A stretch of 64,000 bases of DNA from Leucoraja ocellata. Its lineage: Eukaryota. A program made the translations under genes and the position numbers. The stretch covers positions 12,400,001 to 12,464,000 of the forward strand of contig JAWMAR010000009.1 in the NCBI GenBank assembly GCA_036785375.1, written 5' to 3'. Positions within the stretch are counted from its first letter, which is position 1. Each line of letters begins with the position of its first letter. Of this stretch, positions 13,636 through 25,555 are shown piece after piece. The notes below the pieces were generated by a model. That model had not been told where the DNA came from. It saw nothing but the letters and a program-made list of their open reading frames with translations, and made no database searches.

Positions 13636-15289
13636 TCTCGATATAAAACCTACATTGAGCAAATTGCAAAAGAGCGTTAAGGCTCTGTTATCCTGTAGTA
13701 AACTCTTTATTTTATGGAGCGGATGCAAATAGGAGAGGGTAATTCATATTCACTCCACATTTGCTAAATCCACCCTATTTAATCGACATTGTCCGTCTAT
13801 TCAAATTCAACTTGGGCCTTGACTCAAGTATGTTAGTCCAGAGAATAAACTGCAAAAAGAGCAGTACTGTATCTGTTTCTCCCCACCCCCAATGCAAACA
13901 GTTTGAGATTCTTTTACTGTGGTCTCAACTTCAATTACAGGATTAGCAGTGTTTCTCAATTCTCGCTACCTGTGGTGTGTTAAATACCCTGATGGCTCAG
14001 AGAAGCTAACTGATAGGGACTGTAGCACATTTCTTTCACTTTCCTCCTACTCCCCAATTCACCAGGATAACAACAACACTCCCTTTTATTAGAGTTGCTT
14101 CTTTAAAACGAAACATGCAGATTCCAACAAATCACCATGTCCCGCCCATCCAAACACCCACCATAATTTAGGGGAAGATTCCGCAGGATAGCAGAAATAC
14201 GTTGCAAGCATACAATTATAAAGTGTTTAAATGTACTTCAATAGAGCAACATCAAATACAGGGAATTAGGTCCATAATTGCTTTGCATTTGTGTGCGTAT
14301 TAACTGTTGAACACAGGCTGCTAAAATGCTTTGCCTTCCTGTGTCGTGCAATCTACCCTCTTTGCTGTGCTCCCATCCATGCTATCTTGGCTGAAGTTTA
14401 AAAACCATGGCCATCTTTATGCAAAGCCCGTAAATTAGCCAGTGGCAACACCGGAACGGATATTTTTAAGTACAGGTATCTTCTAATCCAGTGCAGGGAC
14501 TGAATCAAAGCACAGGGTTTCCCCATAGAGGTAAAGAATTATTCAAGTGAGTCAGCAATGCAGTTGGTGTCCATAGTTGGTAAGAAATTAGCCATTGGGG
14601 AGATCCTCAAATAACTTCCAGACAACAGTTACTGGCAGCCTGTTGGCCTATGCTTCAATTCCAGATATGTGCACTTTGCAATTAATTGAAAAGTTACAGC
14701 TAGTTTAAAGTTGATGGGGGCCATGGAGGGGTGGGTAGGAAGTAAAGAGGAAAAAAAAGTTACCGAATGTGACAGTGCAGAATGCAGGCGGACCTTGTAA
14801 TTCTTTGAACGCACGTGCACGTGTTAGCATGCATCTGCAAGTTGCCTGGAGAATACAAATGGCGTCAACAGGTATGCAGGTAATTCTGCCTTTGGTTAAT
14901 ATCAAACAACTGTTGCAGTTTACACTGTTTGTAAAGAAAAAATAAATTACAAAAGTAAAATACCCAATAACTATAGAATATTTATTTATGAGAGATATTG
15001 AGATTTTGGCGGTAATGGTTTTGAACAATTTCCAAGGTCAACGCAGAATTCGACTACTCAAGTAGCTTGATAATCACTCAGGAATCCACAAGGTCCTAAA
15101 GCAAGTTTCAGGATATTACGAATGGACAGAGAACCAAGATAGTACCGAATTACCTGATCTCCATAACCACATAATATCACGACTGTTTATATGCATATCA
15201 GAACTTTTCCCCCTGAAGTATGCACTTGGAGAGGACACAAAGGTGCAGAATTTTATGTAACTAATGAAAATCTTTTTTCTTTTTTTAAG

Positions 15290-15607
15290 TTTCATAGGAT
15301 CATACACCACGGAAACAGACCCTTTGACCCTCCAAGTTTGCATTGATGATCAAAACACATATTTACATTAATATTGCACTAACCCCATTTCATTCTCAAC
15401 AAATTCCCTTCAAATTTCCACAGACTTTATTGCTCACTTAGACATTAGAAACGGTTACAGTGGCAATTCCCGCACCAATCAGCACATCCCTGACATAAAG
15501 GAGGAAACAGGGAGAATGTGCAAACTGCACACAATCAGTAAATCTCAGTACAATGTCTGGGTATTTGGAGCTGTGAGGCAGCAGCTCTGCTGGATGTGCC
15601 ATGGTGC
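15290..15607 (-). mobile_element. Degenerate HE1-type SINE
   Basis: Reverse complement similarity to 2468-2750. Confidence 0.7.
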
Positions 15608-17566
15608 TAAAAAAAAAGCACTGTGCTAACCCATGATGCCATTCCATGATCTCTTTAACAGCCAGATGACAGTCAGATAAAGATGCTTTGATCTTTTCAG
15701 AAAACTTCTGCTGCTCTTTCGCACAAAAGGTCCCCACCAAAAGCATACACAGCACATAAAAATTCAGGAGAGCTGGAATTAACGTGGAATAAGGAAACCC
15801 GTCTTTTAGTCTATTCCACAAAGACACTGATTTTTTTAAAAATCTTGTTTTTGCATGACTTGCTGAGTATTTCCAACACAAGCTTGTTCTCTCTGAGCCA
15901 TGCCAACATCAGATTGTAATACCCTTTCCCCAAATCCAGAGGGGCTCACATGAAGAATGGCTGCTTAGTAAGAGTATTGCCATTGGTCATGGCGTCCCCA
16001 GCAGGATCATTGCAGGAGAGGAAATTGGAGGAGAAATAACTAGCACCACCAAAGTTAAGCCAATTGCCAAAGCCTGGGGCAAGGCTGGTGCCGATTTGAA
16101 TAATGCACTCCTAAGCATTAGCATTTCAATATCTAATATGTAGCTTCCAACAGCTTTCCCCGTTTCTCAGGAAATGTCAGTTTTCTTGTCCATTAAAAAA
16201 ATGCAAACTAAACTGCTTCCCCCCACCCTCATAGGGTCATGCTATAGGTCACACTGCCTTGCTTATTCTTTTACATTCCTTTGATGTTGTTTTTGCGTCA
16301 TTTGTCTGAAGGTCTGCCCCTGCCTGTCTTCACCAACACTCCTGACTTCAGCACACACACACAAAATGAAGAGAGGTTGTAACATCACAGACCACCTGTC
16401 AGTTAATGCAATCTAACATCTCAGACTCTGAAATGGCCCCGGGTATGTCTTCTGAGTAACACGAGGAAAGACAGAGTTTAGTCAGCTGAAATACAGCTGG
16501 TTACATTGAATATTTCCTTTCTACTCAGTTGAAACTTTCTGCCCAGTATTAAAAATCTGTTACGATAATAAAATGTTTTACCCTTGGGATGTTTCATCGA
16601 ATGCCACGCAGGGTTTGAGTGTCCTGGTCAGGTTTGAAGGACACCCGAAGTTTTGGGTGGATGAATTTCCAAATGGAGAAAAAGGCAATTAGAAGATAAA
16701 ATGAGCTTTCCATTAATTAGCCAACAGCATCCAGACTACGTGCAGTGTGTGTAATCCAACTCTGCCATAACGCAGCTCAAGAAAGGGAACTGACTGGATG
16801 GATCCTCAATTTCTCCACAAACAAAGGCTCATCTTACACTGACATTGATGTACCTCAGCATTAAACTCTGCCAATTTAGATGTAGTGCAAGTGATTTGAG
16901 TACAATACCTAAAACAAAATCCTGCCTATGTTAACTGTCCAGGTTCACATTAATTTGCATTTTGTCAATAACCTTGTGAATAAGCTGTGCTCTTGGGGCA
17001 AATTTCAATGTTTTTGTAAATATTTTTCAAAGTAAATAATTGAATGTATCTTCTATATTTAGAAGTTTATAGATTCTAACTAGTTTATAAATTCTAACTA
17101 ACATCCAGTGAGACACAGTCCCAAAGCACAGTGATGACGGCCATTTTGATCATTGGACATTCACTGAAAACATGCTGCTTTTAATCTATGGTGGCTGTGC
17201 TCAAGAATTCAGCAGCCCGAAGGAGCCTTGCGCAGTTGTAGGAATAGATTGAGGAAAATAAAGGGAAAGATAAAATGTACTAGCATTACCTGAAGGAGGG
17301 GGCGAAAACAGGGATAGGAACAAATACAAATCTTTGACATAGGCCCACCGAGTCTGTGGCGACTAGCAATCACCCCGTACACTAGCACTATCCTACTCAC
17401 TAGGGACAACACAGGACGGTTTTCCAATGGGGTGGGTATGAGGAGGGAATGGTGGTGCTGTAATGGAGGGATCCCATCTAGGGATGAAGGCAAGTTATTT
17501 ACTTATCAAGCAAACATCCAAGTCCTGCATTTTATGATCAAGATGTTCCAGGAGTGCCCAATGATA

Positions 17567-17659
17567 GGGTGTACACAAAAAAGCTGGAGAAACTCAGCGG
17601 GTGCAGCAGCATCTATGGAGCGAAGGAAATAGGCAACGTTTTGGGCCGAAACCCTTCTT
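17567..17659 (-). mobile_element. 93-bp Penelope-derived mini-insertion with a 9-bp TSD (CCAATGATA)
   Basis: CCAATGATA at 17558-17566 and 17660-17668; body matches the 23-kb element arms. Confidence 0.82.
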
Positions 17660-18269
17660 CCAATGATATCTCAGCTCAACATGGCTCGATTTTCTTTGCT
17701 ATCCTCCCAAGGATTGTTTCACAAGGAATTATCTTATCCCACGCAACCTGTTATCTGATATTATCCCATGCAACCCGACAACAGAGATCAGGCTGCAGTC
17801 CCAAAGATGACTCACTCCAGGAACTTCCAGTTTACTTTTAGCAATGATGTGAAATGACCATGAAAAGTGTGAATTTAACGGCAGTGCTTTCACTAGGTCT
17901 TTAAAGTACATTATGTCAGCTATACGATGATAACAAATTAAAATACATATTCGCACAAAGCAAGTCCATGAGTCCTGCTGTCATTCACCTGCTCTCAATT
18001 GAAAATTATAATTTAACTGCTCTTTAATCCGTGGGACTCGACCAGAATTATTCATACTAACAGTATCATTCATACAGGCCAAATTAATGGAGAGTTTTCT
18101 ACTCAATTTCTTGTCAATCTTATCCTAACCCTTCTATCACATTAAAGACCTGTACTTTCAGTAATCTGCCCATATTTGTACGGACATTATTTTCAACATG
18201 GAAACAGTCAGCAGCGTTTTTTTAATTTATTCATAACGTAGCAAGAAAAAAAAGAGGCCTAATGCTTAA

Positions 18270-18990
18270 GTCCGATAGTTGGCAGATGAAATTTAATAAT
18301 GAGAAATGTAGAATGTTTCATTTCCTTTGGAAGCACGACAAGAAGCTATATAGGTAAGGGGGCGCAATTTTGAATGGGGTACATGAACAGGAAGATTTGC
18401 GGGCCTATGCATAGTCTCTTTCAAATGACTGGGCAGGTTGAGAATGTGGTACAGGATCCTGGACTTGATAGGACAATGAAATGGCTGTGAACCTTAAAAC
18501 ATTGGTTCAACCACAAATGGATTAGTAGGGCCAGCTTTGAGTGCCAGACTTTAAAAGAAATGTGAACGTTTCGCAGAGGGGGCTGAAGAGATTTCCAAAT
18601 GGAAATGGAGGAATGATTTTATTTATGTAAATTTGCAGGGACTGTTCTCCTTGGAAAACAGAAGGTTGAAAGTTCCTTTAGAGATCTAAAATCATGAATG
18701 GTTTAGATTAGTCGGAAAGAAACTGCACCAATGGACAGAAGGGGAAGAACTAGTTGACATCAAATGAAGATGATTTGCCAAAGAACCAAAAGTAACACAA
18801 GGATATTTCATCCTCCCCAAGATCCAGCCAATGGTTAAGGTCCAGAATGAGTTGACATTGAAGGTGGATATAAACACATCATCCAAAAGGGAGTGGAATA
18901 AATATCTGAGAATTAAGAATTTGTAGGGCTGAGGAGGTGGGGAGTAGGAGAAGCTGAAATGAGTAAGTACAGAGTCAATGACTCCCGAGT
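18270..18990 (+). mobile_element. Ancient degraded CR1 LINE fragment
   Basis: tggcagatgaaatttaat...aaatgt and later CR1 ORF2 C-terminal and 3' UTR motifs. Confidence 0.55.
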
Positions 18991-19843
18991 CTCTAGCTTC
19001 AATACTCAAAAGCCATTTTATTAATATATGCATGAATATATTTGCTGTAACCATCCTGCAATTTTTCATTCAGGTTGACCTGTAATGAATCCTTATAAAC
19101 AAAATGTTCAGAGGGCTAAATGTCTGCATATTATGTTTATAGGAATAAAATGGCTGTTGAGTATGAAAGCTAGAGTCTCACATGCAAAGATCCTTCAGAT
19201 TTTGCTAATAGCCCAGGAAACTTGCATCTTAGTTTAAACTGCCTTCGTTTCCCTGTTGGAGCTGTCATTTATCAAAAATTCCAAAAGTTATCCATTTGTT
19301 CATTGTGATTTTCATCCATGCCTAACCATCAAAAATGGAGGAGCATTTTTAAAGTGTGCTAAATTCCTCCCGAGAAGATAATCTGTAGAATCCCTCCACA
19401 TTGTGATCCCATTGTTTCCAATGAGAGAGAATGTAACCCAGCTTTAACATGAGCAGTACTCAGAATGTGACAGCACATTTCAAAACCTTTAATTGACATC
19501 TAGCTGGATAAGGTTTCAGGAGACTATGCATTGGACTTCACATGCTCTCAACTGGATAGTAAAACATATTAGCTGACGGTAAGGGTACAAGCAGCCTGCC
19601 AGCTGTGTCTGTAGGCCTTATGCTCTTAAAGGTCCTGGACAAAAAGACCCAAAACAATGCTTTCATCCTGAAAAGTGAGGACACATTCGTCACCAGTATA
19701 ATTTTCCAGACACAAAAGAAATATAGATCACCCAAATCAATCTTATATGTCACAAAACATGCCCCTGAAGGCATTGGAAAGTTGATACAATTTTTAATGT
19801 GTATGTTGTAACAGGAGGAGAAGCTGAATATTTAAGATATATA

Positions 19844-19969
19844 TAGGAAAGAAATGCAGATGCTGGTTTAAATCGAAGGTAGACACAAAATGCTGGAGTA
19901 ACTCAGCGGGACAGGCAGCATCTCTGGAGACAAGGAATGGGTGACGTTTTGGATCGAGACCCATCTCCA
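19844..19969 (-). mobile_element. Short Penelope-like terminal repeat copy
   Basis: tgcagatgctggtttaaatcgaaggtagacacaaaatgctggagtaactcagcgg...gtgacgttttggatcgagaccc. Confidence 0.8.
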
Positions 19970-19975
19970 ACATTT

Positions 19976-19979
<4 letters not shown>

Positions 19980-20052
<73 letters not shown>
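19980..20052. repeat. (GT)n microsatellite
   Basis: About 36 perfect GT units. Confidence 0.99.
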
Positions 20053-20056
<4 letters not shown>

Positions 20057-20229
20057 AGTACATAATGAAACATGAAGAGCTGCTAGAACATGTATAATTT
20101 GTTTATTCAATTCTCTGCGAATGAATGGGCTCATGATTTCACATTTGCCATGTTTGCATGCACTGCTTGCCCTTTTCTGAAAGGAATGAGTCATATAGGC
20201 ACATTAGTAAACTTCAGCCAATTCACAAG

Positions 20230-20939
20230 TTTGAGTTGAGCTGATCGTTGAGTCTTTCAAAATCGTGACATCCGAATAGACAGCAAAACGTTAGTGTACA
20301 AGGCAGTGGTGATTCCAACGCTCCTGAATGCATCAGAAACCTGGACAACATACCGACGCCATCTGAAAACATTTGAAAAGTTCCATCAACGATGTCTTCG
20401 AAGCAGCTTAAATATCACTTGGGAAGACAGAAGAACCAACAACAGCGCGCTGAATGAAGCGAAAACATCTAGCATCGAAGCCTTCATCATCAAGAACCAA
20501 CTAAGATGGGTTGGTCATGTTGTTCGGATGGAAGCATCTACCAAAGCAACCCTTCTACTCCCAGCTTAAAGAAGGCAAACGTAAAAGAGTCAGACAAAAG
20601 AAGAGATTCAAAGACGACTTAAAAGCCAACATGAAGAAATGTGAAATTGACATCGGCAATTGGGAAACCAATGCCAAGGACAGGAAACTCTGGCGAACCA
20701 CCATCCAAGAAGGAACAGTGACCTTCAAAGCCAAGAGGTGCGCAGAATTAGAAGAAAAGAGAAGAAAACGGAAAGAGAGGCAACAACAACCAAAGCCTGA
20801 TCTGCCATCTGGAATTACCCGTCCTGAATGTTGAAGAACTTTCAAAGACAGGATTGGACTCTTAAGCCACCTGAGAGTCCATAAACACAACAGAACGTAG
20901 ACCATCATCCCCGATCTTGAGGGATAGCCACGACGACGA
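20230..20939 (+). mobile_element. RTE-clade LINE 3' fragment
   Basis: YKAVVIPTLLNASETWTTYRRHLK...QLRWVGHVVRM; LPKQPFYSQLKEGKR...KRFKD; C-terminal zinc-finger relic; (CGA)n tail. Confidence 0.88.
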
Positions 20940-21547
20940 AAGTGACACTTCCTAATTCAACAGAATCTTGTGTCATTTCTTCCATCTCAACTAGATCAAA
21001 TTCTGGATCCAATGCATAACATTGATACTTTATTTTATTCCTTTTAGCTGGAATTTAAATGGTTTATGTACACACAAGAAAGTTTCTCTCTTTTCTTCCA
21101 GTTGTCGCTTTCTGCTCCATGTCACCCGTATGCATATTGCTATATTTCACCAATTTCTTACTGCATGATTTGCTTGGCTGTGTCAATTGATGAACTTTTA
21201 TAATTTAAATTATTTCCCTCCGAAACCAGAGATATAATTTCATTTTATATCGACTGCCTTATTCCTCTTCCCCTTAAGGTTCACCTGAACTTCTCCCCTC
21301 ACTGAGAGAATGTAACCAGTTGAGGAATGTGACATTATCCTTTCATAAGCAAATGTCTTGCTAAACTAATCTCTTGTCAAATTGAAATATAACACCCTTA
21401 TCTTCAGTGCTATTTTGATAACTGTCAGCCATATAAGTTGATGCTAGACTACCTGGGTGAAATAAGATGCACAGTTAATTCAATTTTATTTCATAAAAAA
21501 CTAAATAGAAAAAAGACAAACTTGAGGACTTATCAGAGACCAGTTCT

Positions 21548-22105
21548 TAGAAACATAGAAAAGAGGTGCAGGAGTAGGCCATTCGCCCCTTCGAGCCTGC
21601 ACCACCATTCAATATGATCATGGCTGATCATCCAACTCAGTATCCTGTACCTGCCTTCTCTCCATACCCCCTGATCCCTTTAGCCACAAGGGCCACATCT
21701 AACTCCCTCTTAAATATAGCCAATGAACTGGCCTCAACTACCTTCTGTGGCAGAGAATTCCACAGATTCGCCATTCTCTGTGTGAAAAATGTTTTTCTCA
21801 TCTCTGTCCTAAAAGATTTTCCCCTTATCCTTAAACTGTAAACCCTTGTTCTGGATATCCCTAACATCGGGAACAATCTTCCTGCATCTAGCCTGTCCAA
21901 CCCCTTAAGAATTTTGCAAGTTTCTATAAGATCCCCCCTCAATCTTCTAAATTCTAGCGAGTACAAGCCGAGTCTATCCAGTCTTTCTTCAAATGAAAGT
22001 CCTGCCATCCCATCAGGACTCAGTCTGGTGAACCTTCTCTGTACTCCAGGTGTGGTCTCACCAAGGCCCTGTACAACTGCTGTAGAACCTCCTATACTCA
22101 AATCC
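21548..22105 (-). mobile_element. CR1/HER1 LINE 3' fragment
   Basis: ORF 21637..22107 VQRRFTRL...LGLYSLEFRRLRGDLIET...FFTQR. Confidence 0.92.
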
Positions 22106-22687
22106 AAATTCTTCTGCAGGTTCTTCTAATGTGCTGCTTTGTTACGCAGGAACCAATATACGTTTCCCCTTGACCCAATTCACCTTGAACACTGATAGAT
22201 TATCTGAAAGCCTAGATAGAGTAGATGTGAAGAGGATGTTTCCAATAGTGGGAGAGCAGACCGTTCTGATGCAGGGTTTTGGACCTGAAACATCAACAAA
22301 TATTTTTCTTTCCACAGATATGGCAGAGCGTCTCAAGTATTTTATGTTTTTGTTTCAGATTTTCAACATCTGTAGTTTTTGTTTAGACTTGTTTACAATT
22401 GGTGTTGCTGGATTACTCTGGCTTGTCTTCACTAGCATTCCATTTCATTCTAATTTATCTAATTCTTCCATTGTTTTTCCAATGCATTTCAAACAGGTTA
22501 ACGCTTGCAGTATTCTGGTTTTGCACCTGGCTTGAAACAGATTTGAGTATGATAAATACATATGTAGATATCTTTGAACACTTGTACATACTTTCCCAAT
22601 GTATGACTAAGCATAAATTTGAAACATCTGCATTTAACGTCCCTTACCATTTTAGCTTCAGTTTTGAGCCAGTCTTTGCTTATCAAT

Positions 22688-22815
22688 ATGTAGGAAGGAA
22701 CTGCAGGTGCCAGTTTATACAGAAGATAGACACAAAATGCTGGAGTAACTCAACGGGTCAGACAACATCTCTGGAGATAAGGGGTGACGTTTCAGGTTGG
22801 AACCCTTCTTCAGAC
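22688..22815 (-). mobile_element. Short Penelope-like terminal repeat copy
   Basis: Same family as the 19844, 32847 and 37055 copies. Confidence 0.75.
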
Positions 22816-22884
22816 ACTTCTTCGCCTCTCCATCCATTGTCCATCAATATGGGCCAATTAGAATCACAGCTGCAAACATCTGTA

Positions 22885-23818
22885 CAAGAAGGAACTGCAG
22901 ATGCTGGAAAATCGAATGTACACAAAAATGCTGGAGAAACTCAGCAGGTGCAGCAGCAACTATGGAGCGAAGGAAATAGGTAACGTTTCGGGCCGAAACG
23001 CTTTTTCAGACTGATAGGGGGTGGTGGGGAGAAGGAAGGAAAAAGGAGGAGGAGGAGCCCGAGGGCTGGGAGGAGACAGCTCAAGGGCTAAGGAACGGGA
23101 GGAGACAGCGAGGGCTAACAAAATTGGGAGAATTCAATGTTCATGCCCGCCGGATGCAGGCTCCCCAAGCGGAATATGAGGTGCTGTTCCTCCAATTTCC
23201 GGTGTTGCTCACTCTGGCAATGGAGGAGACCCAGGACAAAGAGGTCGGATTGGGAATGGGAGGGGGAGTTGAAGTGCTGAGCCACCGGGAGGTCAGGTAG
23301 GTTCTTGCGGACCGAGCGGAGGTGTTCGGCGAAACAATCGCCCAAGATGTCAGCTGATCTACATCGGTGAGACTAAGTGGAGGTTGGGCGATCGTTTCGC
23401 CGAACACCTCCGCTCAGTCCGCAAGAACATACCTGACCCCCTTGTGGCTCAGCACTTCAACTCCCCCTCCCATTCCCAATCCGACCTCTCTGTCATGGGT
23501 CTCCTCCATTGCCAGAGTGAGCAACACCGGAAATTGGAGGAACAGCACCTCATATTCCGCTTGGGGAGCCTGCATCCGGCGGGCATGAACATTGAATTCT
23601 CCCAATTTTGTTAGCCCTCGCTGTCTCCTCCCCTTCCTTAGCCCTCGAGCTGTCTCCTCCCATCCCCCAGCCCTCGGGCTCCTCCTCCTCCTTTTTCCTT
23701 CCTTCTCCCCGCTACCCCCTATCAGTCTGAAGAAGGGTTTCGGCCCGAAACGTTACCTATTTCCTTCGCTCCATAGATGCTGCTGCACCCGCTGAGTTTC
23801 TCCAGCATTTTTGTGTAC
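22885..23818. mobile_element. Penelope-like element in inverted (fold-back) configuration, GIY-YIG C-terminus in both arms, 15-bp TSD
   Basis: Arms 22918-23345 and 23384-23818 are near reverse complements; spacer plus right arm encode LIYIGETKWRLGDRFAEHLRSVR...LEEQHLIFRLGSLHPAGMNIEF; CTGCAAACATCTGTA at 22870-22884 and 23819-23833. Confidence 0.93.
23722..23760 (+). ncRNA. Candidate minimal type I hammerhead ribozyme in a Penelope terminus
   Basis: CUGAAGA-A-GGGU(UUCG)GCCC-GAAA-CG-UU; palindromic AACGUU stem III region; stem I weak. Confidence 0.5.
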
Positions 23819-24469
23819 CTGCAAACATCTGTAGTTTGATTTGTTGACTGCTGTGAACTCTAAACATTTCAACCACCCTTCAGTACTTCACCCGAATATA
23901 TTTTCAGGGTCACCTTACCCTTCTTTCTAGTGCTTGGCTGAACATGCTTGGAAATCTTATTCTTGTCCACATATAAAACAATCGGCTACTGTTTCAATGA
24001 TTATATCAAACATAACAAACGACCATTTAGCTGGAGTTTTGGCTTGAAGATATGGTTGTCTAGCATTATTACTATTCTGTAAATGTTGCGCGAGCTGAAT
24101 GTCCCATCACTCACTTTGACTTTTATAATGTGCAGATTTCCCCTTGGTGGCTTCGTGAAAGTATCCCCTGTGTAATCACATTACTACAAGTGCTTTGATT
24201 TTCTACCAAGGCGTTTGTCTTGGACACTAGGAATAAGTGCCTCTTTTCATCTTGTTAAAACATTCTGCCTTTTAAAATTCAAATAAAGTGCTGTATATTT
24301 TTCAATCCATTTTTAACAGCAACTCACACCAGTCACTCCAGCCTTCCCTCTCACTCTACGATGACATATTTGTCATTTCAATGCCCTCCAAGAATATATC
24401 AATTTTGCATGGTATAACAAATGTGAAAATGTGTTTATTAACTTTGATTTAATTTGATTTAACTCCAGC

Positions 24470-24812
24470 CTCGCGGACAGCCTTGATTCACTGCTGTTTG
24501 CCAACTATTACAACAAGTCCAAGGCAGACCCCATCTCGCTGGCCCTACACTCATTTCTAGAGCATTTAGACAGCACCTATGCCCGACTCCTATTTATTGA
24601 CTACAATTGTACCTCCAACACCATAATCCCAACCAATCTCATCTCCGAACATCTGGACCAAGGAGTCAGCAAACCTCTCTGCCACTGGGTCCTTGACTCC
24701 CTGACCACAATCAGCAAGGATGTGTGACAAATCATCCTGCGCGATAATTCTCAACAGCAGCAATCCACAAGGATGGATGCTCAGCCCCTCACTATACTCC
24801 CTATACACTCAT
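24470..24812 (+). mobile_element. Rex1/Babar-type LINE RT fragment
   Basis: ILNSSNPQGWMLSPSLYSLYTH and upstream D.ISLALH...RLLFIDY-like relic. Confidence 0.75.
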
Positions 24813-25353
24813 TCCCCAATTTGTAAGATGTGCCGATGTTCCCTACTTTGCTACAGAACAATGCAAAGAGAGCTGCCACAACATGTGCAGCTGGTTTATT
24901 CAACCACACCTCACATTCGCTTCCATCATGACATAATGCTATAATTTGTGATTAAGATTTATATTTGAAGATAGATTAAAACAAAAAGTAAAGCCCCTAC
25001 ATTAATCTATATATTGCTACAATGAATCATGCTTCTGCATGACCAAAGGTAGCATTTGTAAATCCAAATAATTAACCATCTCATCACCCTGGAGGATTAC
25101 TCGAACTTGTCAAGTGTGAATCTCTAAAACAAAATCAAGCACGAATCGGAGAAGAATAATTTTATATTCTTTAATAAATTTGTTAATAGAGAAGTTCACA
25201 AAATGTTTCCTTTAAATTTAAAATACAATCTATCCCTAAGAAAAATCCCTGATCAGCAGCAGGGGTTATTTTCTACAAGATGCTGTTTTTGAGAGGAAAT
25301 ATTACCTTTCCACTTGGATTTTCATCCCTAAAGAAACTGGACATAATCTCAGG

Positions 25354-25555
25354 AAGGGGCGGAAATCCCGGGGGAGCCAGGGGACACACGTCTTCTAATT
25401 ACCGTCCATAGGGCCCACGGCTGAACCCGCCGAAGCCTCGTGTGTGTGAGTGTGAGTGCGTGCGAGTGTGCATGTAAAGCGCATGCGCGTGCGGCCACCA
25501 AGAAATTGTGTCCCCCCCTGTCCCCTCCATGTTTTGATAGCGATTTCCGTGTCTG
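25354..25555. mobile_element. Small MITE with imperfect TIRs (hAT-like ends)
   Basis: aggggCGGAAATCcc versus gcGATTTCCGtgtctg; subterminal ggggacaca/tgtgtcccc inverted repeat; degenerate flanking repeat aatctcagg/attatcagg. Confidence 0.55.

Noticed and set aside
19794-20194. His-Thr repeat ORFs
   Set aside because: Translation of the (GT)n microsatellite.
22131-22983. 134-aa and 194-aa ORFs as a nested gene
   Set aside because: Mosaic of CR1 and Penelope fragments and AT-rich sequence; no recognisable domain.
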